The notes beneath the pieces were generated by a model. It was not told the origin of the DNA and made no database searches. It worked only from the letters and a program-made list of their open reading frames with translations. Positions 57,430 through 64,000 of a stretch of 64,000 nucleotides of DNA are shown here, piece by piece. The position numbers and the translations under genes were made by a program. Position 1 is the first letter of the stretch. Each line of letters opens with the position of its first letter. The DNA is from an uncultured Bdellovibrionales bacterium (GTDB lineage Bacteria; Patescibacteriota; Minisyncoccia; Moranbacterales; UBA1568): positions 77,925-141,924 of the forward strand of contig CAYTED010000002.1 of NCBI GenBank assembly GCA_964436855.1, in the 5' to 3' direction.

Positions 57430-58422
57430 TTACTTTTTCTGTCTCGCGCCGATTGTTACTTCGTCGCCTTCCGAAAGACCGGAGAGAATCTCGATCACCC
57501 CTTCGTCGCCTTCGAGTCCGGTTTTTACCTCGATTTTTTCAAACTGATTTTCGCCGCGCTTCACTTCGGCGTAATTTTTCCCCGCTTCTTTGGAAAGCGC
57601 ACGAAAAGGCACCGTAAGCACGTTTTTCCGCTTTGCCGTCTCGATATCGATATTCGCACTCATTCCCTCCCGCAAACGATCATCCGTATCCGAGAGTTTG
57701 AATTTTACGAGATACGATACTACGTCCTGTACCACGGTCGATGCCGGGTCGATTTCGATCACCGTTGCCTGAAAATGATCGTCGGATGAAAACGCATCGA
57801 AGGTAACGTCTGCCATCATACCGATCGCTACTTTTGTGATATCGGATTCCGGTACACGCGATTCGATCATAAAATCATTCCCTTGTACCAATCGCACGAT
57901 TCGTTTTCCAATCGCTACCACTTCATTCGCGCGAACATCCACCTTAGAAATCGTTCCGGCAAATGGAGCGAGAAGAACATTTTTTTCCATTTGCTCTTTT
58001 ATCGTTCGGGCATTTTCCCGCGCCTGTTCGGTAGCAAGTTTTTTTGCGAGCCGTTCTTCGGGTTTGAGACCATCCCAATCGCGCCGCGCCAACTTCTCGG
58101 TTTCTTCGGCAATCTGAACGGCAATACGAGCTTCCTTGAGCTGAGACCACAACACTTCCCTATCAAGAGACGCGATTTTCATCCCCTCTTCCACTGCATC
58201 TCCTTCTTTTACAAGAAGCGAGTCAAGCGTCCCCGAACCCGGAAAAGACAGATCCGCATACGAAACCGGAACAAGTTCTCCGCTTACGGACACCGTTTCA
58301 ACAACATCTCCCCGTCTCACGGTTTCCGTGGGAACAACCTCGACATTCAACCAACTCCGATACCAGAAAAATCCGCCGATACCGATCACTATGAGAATTC
58401 CGATAATGATTTTCTTTTTCAT
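57430..58422 (-). CDS. Periplasmic adaptor / membrane-fusion protein (HlyD/MacA family)
   Basis: N-terminal TM (MKKKIIIGILIVIGIGGFFW), then coiled-coil and beta-barrel/lipoyl-like segments. Confidence 0.7.
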   Translation of the reverse strand: MKKKIIIGILIVIGIGGFFWYRSWLNVEVVPTETVRRGDVVETVSVSGELVPVSYADLSFPGSGTLDSLLVKEGDAVEEGMKIASLDREVLWSQLKEARIAVQIAEETEKLARRDWDGLKPEERLAKKLATEQARENARTIKEQMEKNVLLAPFAGTISKVDVRANEVVAIGKRIVRLVQGNDFMIESRVPESDITKVAIGMMADVTFDAFSSDDHFQATVIEIDPASTVVQDVVSYLVKFKLSDTDDRLREGMSANIDIETAKRKNVLTVPFRALSKEAGKNYAEVKRGENQFEKIEVKTGLEGDEGVIEILSGLSEGDEVTIGARQKK

Positions 58423-58426
58423 AATA

Positions 58427-58855
58427 TCAAAACAATCCTTTTTGTTTCGCCGCCTCATCCATCGCCTTATTCGCTTCGGCATCGGCGATCTTATTCTTCT
58501 CCCGCGGGATATGTACGAATCGCACCGAATCGAAATCAAGCATCGTATTCCACACTTCCAAAAAATACGGTTGCAGTTTCGCGTTTTCTATCTTGTACTC
58601 ATGATTGAGCTGTTTGCATGCGAGTTCACTATCCATTCGGAGCTCAACCGCCGCTTGTTTCGCTTTTTCTTTTCCGATCAAACTCTTCACTTTTTTCAAT
58701 GCAAAAACGATCGCCGCATATTCCGCCTCGTTGTTCGTTTTTGTACCGAGAAATTCGCCGCAGCGTTTGTCGAATGTTTCGATATATACACCCAAAGCCG
58801 ACGGTCCCGGATTTCCCCGCGACCCGCCGTCCGTATACGCGATAATCGTTTCCAT
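58427..58855 (-). CDS. rnhA: Ribonuclease HI
   Basis: DEDD catalytic residues in context: YTDGGSRGNPGPSALG, NNEAEYAAIVFAL, HIPREKNKIADAEANKA. Start at the internal Met METIIAYTDGG. Confidence 0.85.
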   Translation of the reverse strand: METIIAYTDGGSRGNPGPSALGVYIETFDKRCGEFLGTKTNNEAEYAAIVFALKKVKSLIGKEKAKQAAVELRMDSELACKQLNHEYKIENAKLQPYFLEVWNTMLDFDSVRFVHIPREKNKIADAEANKAMDEAAKQKGLF

Positions 58856-58895
58856 ATTTTCATTGTACCATAAAAAAATCGCCCGGTATGGACGA

Positions 58896-59324
58896 TCAAA
58901 TATTGCAGTATTTCTTCCAGTCGATTCTCCGGAACAGTTTCTCCGGATCCGCTTCACAAATCCGTTTCTTCTCTATTTTCTGTTCCTTCCAAAAAACTTC
59001 CCTTCTTTCCATTCTCGAGAGAAGAGAACGCAGAAACGACTCTGACGAGATCCTCGCGAACAGAACCGCGAGAGAGTTTGAGGGGAGGGCAAGAATGCCC
59101 GAGTACTCATATTCCTCGATCGTCCCGTCTTCTTCTTGTTTCTTTCGGAGAAAACTTCTTCTTCGTTTTTTTGGAGATGAAAATTCCTCTCGAGGATCCG
59201 CAAGCACAGGAACTTTTACGGCAACACACTCCTCATCTTCCCGAAGAACGACCGCGAGTCGCCACTCCGATTGTCCGTTGCCGAGACAGATCTCGGCACA
59301 CACCGCCTGCCCGGTTTTATACAC
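58896..59324 (-). CDS. Hypothetical protein downstream of recJ
   Basis: 142-aa ORF, 6 nt after the recJ stop. No motif recognised. Confidence 0.35.
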   Translation of the reverse strand: MYKTGQAVCAEICLGNGQSEWRLAVVLREDEECVAVKVPVLADPREEFSSPKKRRRSFLRKKQEEDGTIEEYEYSGILALPSNSLAVLFARISSESFLRSLLSRMERREVFWKEQKIEKKRICEADPEKLFRRIDWKKYCNI

Positions 59325-59329
59325 AGCCG

Positions 59330-61024
59330 TTACCTCCGTTTTAAATCAACCAATTTGAGCTGTATGGACATTCGCCCATTCCATACATTCTCTTCCAAAG
59401 TGAACACTACGTCAATATGGTCGCCTTCATTGAGATCCGGAAATTTTTCTCCGAACGAGAAGCCGATCGCATCGTACGGTTTCGTCCCCCCTTCGGGAAA
59501 CAGGGTGAGTTTCAAATGTTTGTTGCCATTTCCGACAAGCCGAATATCTCCGATTCGCATATGTTCGAGCAAGAACACCGGTTCGCGATTTCCTTCCCCG
59601 AACGGTTCGAATCGTTTGAGATCGGAGAGGAGATCAAGTGTCAGGTGAGACGGAAGAATCCGAAGATCGATATTGAGCATCGGCTCCGGCTTCGTGTTTT
59701 TCAGCACCTCCCCCACGAAAGAAGAAAATCGTTCTTCGAATTCCGCGAATCGGTCGTTTCGAATCGTCAGTCCCGCCGCCTGCGAATGCCCGCCGAATTT
59801 TTCGAGAAGATCGGAACACGCTTCCAGCGCCTCCATAATATTCAGTCCCGGAACACTCCGGAGCGAACCGCGACTCTTCTCGGAAAGCTGTTCGAGTACA
59901 ACCGCCGGCTTTCCGAATTCATTGGCAATTCTTCCCGCAACCAGTCCCACCACACCAAACGCGTACTCCGGGTGCGCCGCGATTACACATTTTCTCTCTT
60001 TTTGCGCGACCGCTTGCACCCGGACAAGATCCGCGATTCGATCCGACATTTTTCGGCGATCCTTATTGAGCGACTCGATCGTTTCCGCCAGTTCGCGCGC
60101 CCGATCACGATCCGTTTCAAAAAGAAGGTCATGCGCCAGTTTCGCGTGAGCCATCCGACCCGCCGCATTGATACGCGGTCCGATTTGAAATCCGATCGCG
60201 CGCGCATTCGGACGCCGGTATTCGTCGATTCCAAGATTCCCGACGGAAAAAATTTCTTGAAACCCGATACGACGGGTTTTTGAAAGCACGATCAATCCGT
60301 ACGAAACGATCATACGATTTTCACCAACAAGCGGCATTACATCCGCAACCGTTCCAACCGCCACAAGATCAAGCATCCACTTCAACTGCGATACCTCGTC
60401 CGACAAAAACTCCCGATAGAGTGCCTGTATCACCTTGAAGGTTGTCCCCGCACCGCAGAGCTCACGAAACGGATACCCCGCGTCAGGGAGTTTTGGATTG
60501 ACAATCGCATACGCATCGGGCAAAATCTCCGGAACATGATGATGATCGATCACGATAAAATCGATTCCCCGTTTTTTTGCATCGGCGATTTCTTCTCTAT
60601 TCGTCATTCCGCAATCGACCGTAAACGCAAGCGTTGCTCCCGCTCGTTCGAACGCGTCGATCGCATTCACGTGCAATCCATGTCCTTCAGTTTCCTTATG
60701 AGGAATATACACAGTGGTCTCAAGCCCAATTCGTTCCAGTGCCGTTCGAAGCAAAACCGAGGACGTTACGCCATCAACATCGTAATCACCGAAAATACCG
60801 ATCTTTTCATCCTTTTCTTTTGCTTGTTTCACTCGATCGACTACCATTCGCATTGATCGGAAGAGAAATGGATCGAAAAGGTCCCGATCGTAATCCGGAG
60901 AAAAAAACCGTTCGACATCTTCTTCTGACACGATATTTCGATCTCGAAGCAGCGCCTCGATAACGGGATGTCGCGAAGATCCGAATGATTCCGCCGATTC
61001 GATTTTTATATTCCATTGCGCCAC
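59330..61024 (-). CDS. recJ: Single-stranded-DNA-specific exonuclease RecJ
   Basis: DHH motifs (GDYDVDGVTS, DHH in VIDHHHV) and DHHA1 domain, with a C-terminal OB-like domain. Confidence 0.9.
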   Translation of the reverse strand: MAQWNIKIESAESFGSSRHPVIEALLRDRNIVSEEDVERFFSPDYDRDLFDPFLFRSMRMVVDRVKQAKEKDEKIGIFGDYDVDGVTSSVLLRTALERIGLETTVYIPHKETEGHGLHVNAIDAFERAGATLAFTVDCGMTNREEIADAKKRGIDFIVIDHHHVPEILPDAYAIVNPKLPDAGYPFRELCGAGTTFKVIQALYREFLSDEVSQLKWMLDLVAVGTVADVMPLVGENRMIVSYGLIVLSKTRRIGFQEIFSVGNLGIDEYRRPNARAIGFQIGPRINAAGRMAHAKLAHDLLFETDRDRARELAETIESLNKDRRKMSDRIADLVRVQAVAQKERKCVIAAHPEYAFGVVGLVAGRIANEFGKPAVVLEQLSEKSRGSLRSVPGLNIMEALEACSDLLEKFGGHSQAAGLTIRNDRFAEFEERFSSFVGEVLKNTKPEPMLNIDLRILPSHLTLDLLSDLKRFEPFGEGNREPVFLLEHMRIGDIRLVGNGNKHLKLTLFPEGGTKPYDAIGFSFGEKFPDLNEGDHIDVVFTLEENVWNGRMSIQLKLVDLKRR

Positions 61025-61077
61025 AAAAAAGAGGAAATATCCCGAATGAGTTTTTCAATTTTTGAAAAAGATACCCC

Positions 61078-61623
61078 CTACTGACAAAGAAGTTCCGCTT
61101 CGAAAATTTTCTTCTCCTTGTCTTTCAGGCGAAGACGAAAAGCCGGTTTCCCGTTTATACACGGAAGCGTTTTATCCATACCCACCGATTCAAGCAATCG
61201 TTCCGCTTCCGGAGTTCGAATATTGAATTCAATGACATAATCGGTCGCGGACAGCGCGGCCTTGATCCGAGTAACCACTTCGACCGGAGTCGTCATATCG
61301 CGAACGATAAAATCTTTTACACCAAGCTCGCGAGCCCTCACCTCATCCTCTTGTCGACCAAGATGGGAAATAAACAAAACAGGAACATTCGCCGTCGCCA
61401 CATTTTTTTTCAAGACCTCGACAAGCTGAAAACCATCCATACGCGGCATAATGATTCCCGAAAGAATGACATCGGGAACGATCTGACTTGCAAGCGTCAT
61501 CCCCTCCACGCCGTCATTCGCTTCCCGCACATCGAATCCAGATGCCCGAAATACCTCCGCATACATCGAACGCGTATCACGGTCATCATCAACGAGAAGA
61601 ATATTGAGTATTTTATCTGTCAT
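61078..61623 (-). CDS. Response regulator (REC domain) with short uncharacterised C-terminal domain
   Basis: REC motifs ILLVDDD...D...K, then about 60 aa with no HTH signature. Start taken at MTDKILNILLV. Confidence 0.7.
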   Translation of the reverse strand: MTDKILNILLVDDDRDTRSMYAEVFRASGFDVREANDGVEGMTLASQIVPDVILSGIIMPRMDGFQLVEVLKKNVATANVPVLFISHLGRQEDEVRARELGVKDFIVRDMTTPVEVVTRIKAALSATDYVIEFNIRTPEAERLLESVGMDKTLPCINGKPAFRLRLKDKEKKIFEAELLCQ

Positions 61624-61688
61624 GCAATAAGATTCCATTATACCTCACTATTATAACAGAATCGCAAGAAAACAAGAACTCTCGATTA

Positions 61689-62783
61689 TTATTTCAAATC
61701 TTTTCCCAGTGTTTCAATAAGTCTTTTTTCTTCAGATGAAAGTTTCTTCGGCACGGAAATCGTAATTTCCACCAAATGATCTCCCCGATCAAAATGTCCA
61801 GACCCAATCCCTTTCCCTCGAATGCGGAACACTTCCCCCGGTTGCGTACCTGCCGGAATCTTCATGGTTACATCACCATCGATAGTCCGAACACTTGTCT
61901 TCCCTCCAAGTGCCGCAAGCGAAAAGGAAATCGCCTTCTTCGAAACGATATCCGCTCCTCTTCGTTTCAGTTCGTCGTGCGGAATGACATGAATGCCAAT
62001 AAAAAGATTGCCCGCGGGTGCGCCGATTTCTCCGGCTTCCCCTTTTCCCGGAACCGAAAGCATTTGACCGTTTTCGATACCAGCGGGAATCGAGACCGTT
62101 ATTGTCTCGGTGTCGATCCGACGACCATCGCCATGACAAGACGGGCACATTTCCGAAAAATTCTTTCCCTTCCCGCGGCATCGACCACATACAGTCGCCT
62201 GGCTCATCGCGCCGAAAATCGTCCGCACAGTTTTTTGAATCCTTCCGGTACCATCACAATCCGAACACGATACCTCTTTCGATCCTTTCTTTCCTCCGAC
62301 TCCTCCGCAATCCGAGCAAAGATTTCGTTTTCGAAGAGTGATTTCTTTCTTTACGCCGCGCACCATTTCCTCAAACGATATTTCGACATCCACTTGTACA
62401 TCCGATCCGGCTTTCGCTCTTCCAGTGGCCCCAAATCCGCCTCCGGAAAAAATATCTGAAAAAATATCTTCGAAGCCACCGCCTCCCGAAAACTGAAATC
62501 CTCCCTGCGAAAAATTTCCAAAATCAAAACCCTCGAAGCCGCCGAATCCCGATCCTCCGGATGGCCCCTGACTATTGAATGTTTTTCCGAATTGATCGTA
62601 CTGCCTGCGTTTCTCCGGATCGGATAGTATTTGGTACGCCTCATTCGCTTCCTTGAATTTTTTCTCGTCGCCCGTTCCCTTATCTGGATGGTGCTGATGC
62701 GCCAATTTCCGGAATGCCTTCTTGATATCGTCTTGCGAAGCATTTTTAGAAACACCGAGTATGGAATAGTAATCTTTCGACAT
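61689..62783 (-). CDS. dnaJ: Chaperone DnaJ
   Basis: J domain with HPD, G/F-rich linker, four CxxCxGxG zinc-finger repeats and a C-terminal substrate-binding domain. Confidence 0.92.
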   Translation of the reverse strand: MSKDYYSILGVSKNASQDDIKKAFRKLAHQHHPDKGTGDEKKFKEANEAYQILSDPEKRRQYDQFGKTFNSQGPSGGSGFGGFEGFDFGNFSQGGFQFSGGGGFEDIFSDIFSGGGFGATGRAKAGSDVQVDVEISFEEMVRGVKKEITLRKRNLCSDCGGVGGKKGSKEVSCSDCDGTGRIQKTVRTIFGAMSQATVCGRCRGKGKNFSEMCPSCHGDGRRIDTETITVSIPAGIENGQMLSVPGKGEAGEIGAPAGNLFIGIHVIPHDELKRRGADIVSKKAISFSLAALGGKTSVRTIDGDVTMKIPAGTQPGEVFRIRGKGIGSGHFDRGDHLVEITISVPKKLSSEEKRLIETLGKDLK

Positions 62784-62817
62784 AGGAAAATTTTTTTACT
62801 TGTTTTCCAGAATACCT

Positions 62818-62859
62818 CAAAAGAAAAAAGTTAGCAATCTCTTCTCTTGAGTGCTAACT
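62818..62859 (-). terminator. Rho-independent terminator after the membrane-protein gene 62892..63920
   Basis: Hairpin agttagca...tgctaact, followed on the minus strand by a T-run. Confidence 0.55.
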
Positions 62860-62891
62860 TTTTGCTTAGGGCAAATCTGCAGTTCCTACTT

Positions 62892-63920
62892 TTAAATCTC
62901 ACTGATTTCCTCTACTTCTCGAAGTTTTGTCTGAAGCACAACCAGTCCGGATATCCGTAAAAAAAGAAATATCAGCCATGCAAACCACGCCCATACAAAC
63001 CCAAGAACCGAACCAACGGACAAAATCGTCAGAAAAAACAAGAGTCCCAAAATCCCCCGAAGCGAGTCCGTTGATCCACTTCGCCCACCACTCATCCCGG
63101 AAATCGCTAGGAGTTTCGCATTGACCAATTCCGAAAGCACATCGAGCATTCGTTCTCCCCCGTTCACCGAACGATGCAGAAGATCGGATAGTTTTTTTCT
63201 CCCTTCGGACAGAAAGGCATTCTTTTTTTCTTCTTCAAGTCGGGTGCGAATATCTTGTTCCGAAACCCCCATTTCACCGAGCATCCCTTGTATCGCAGGA
63301 TCGATGACATTACTGGGGGTCGGTACGTTTTCCGTAAAAACACCAAACAAAAACTCATCAACCGTTGGATTGGTATTTGATAACTGAATAAGTCCAGGAT
63401 TTGATTTTTCCACCAGTCGCAACATACCCTGCCCAAGTCCTTGTGAAAAACTCACTTTTGGAAGCAAATTTTCCACCGGCGTATCGTGCAAAAGTCCTAT
63501 GTATGCTCCCGAAATCGCAAATGACCACCCGATAACAAGCGGAAAAATTCCTTGTTTTGCACAAGAGAACACCTGAACCTTAAGGCGATAAAATGTCTCC
63601 TTTCCAACCACCGATGTCGATCGGAACAAAAAGTACCCCGCAAGTAAAAACGCGATACCAATTTCGACTGAAAACGGAAGGAAAAGCATTGGTATCAAAA
63701 CGGCAAACGCGGTTACACCCCGAACAAACCATGGTTGCACAAATACCGCCTGCAGCAGAAACAACACCGAAATTGCTGAAAAAAATACCGCAAGAACAAT
63801 CCATCCGCGCGTCGCATCAAAACGAATCGCTTGAAAAAGAAACCTCCACGCAAAAAAAGCAGTTGCAACCTGCATGAGAAACAGAACACTTACAATAATA
63901 TTTTTTTTGGAAAGTGTCAT
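62892..63920 (-). CDS. Hypothetical polytopic membrane protein
   Basis: 342 aa with about 6-7 TMs and a central soluble loop. No family motif recognised. Confidence 0.5.
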   Translation of the reverse strand: MTLSKKNIIVSVLFLMQVATAFFAWRFLFQAIRFDATRGWIVLAVFFSAISVLFLLQAVFVQPWFVRGVTAFAVLIPMLFLPFSVEIGIAFLLAGYFLFRSTSVVGKETFYRLKVQVFSCAKQGIFPLVIGWSFAISGAYIGLLHDTPVENLLPKVSFSQGLGQGMLRLVEKSNPGLIQLSNTNPTVDEFLFGVFTENVPTPSNVIDPAIQGMLGEMGVSEQDIRTRLEEEKKNAFLSEGRKKLSDLLHRSVNGGERMLDVLSELVNAKLLAISGMSGGRSGSTDSLRGILGLLFFLTILSVGSVLGFVWAWFAWLIFLFLRISGLVVLQTKLREVEEISEI

Positions 63921-64000
63921 AGTCCGACCCGTACTTTGTTTATTTTATGCTCTTCGAAATCTTTGGAAAAAACCGTTTCTCCAGTGTTTGGATCCGATAA

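Overview
This 64 kb window is gene-dense and almost entirely transcribed from the minus strand. Its content resembles a reduced-genome, Patescibacteria/CPR-like bacterium. This lineage call is an inference from gene content, not a database search. Supporting signs are an archaeal-type AspRS, a four-helix-bundle 'rRNA-IVS' protein gene, and many small membrane proteins.

Housekeeping content read from the translations:
- aminoacyl-tRNA synthetases: serS, lysS, aspS, pheST, tyrS
- the mreBCD-mrdA rod-shape operon
- secDF, frr, greA, rseP, dnaJ, recJ, rnhA and a class A PBP
- tRNA-Lys(UUU) and tRNA-Val(CAC)
- an RNase P RNA (rnpB), recognised from its conserved P4 halves

Accessory content:
- a polysaccharide locus with a priming sugar-phosphotransferase, two GT4 glycosyltransferases, two Wzz/CapA-like proteins and a PF04020 holin-like protein
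- a MacAB-like ABC efflux module, a MsbA-like ABC exporter, an ABC-F ATPase coupled to a fatty-acid desaturase, and an ApbE flavin-transferase operon
- a two-component system (7TM histidine kinase plus a tandem-REC regulator) with three low-GC hypothetical genes fused directly upstream, and a phage Mu Gam-like protein next to a TrmB regulator

Most worth a second look:
- the low-GC module upstream of the two-component system, which encodes a Cys-rich secreted protein
- a parvulin-like PPIase segment embedded in SecD
- an in-frame palindromic insertion in pheT
- nested inverted repeats in the leader of the polysaccharide operon, next to rnpB
- AT-rich TTTGAAATTT repeats flanking the four-helix-bundle gene in inverted orientation
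- a long imperfect palindrome upstream of the ABC-F gene

No CRISPR array, integrase or transposase was recognised.
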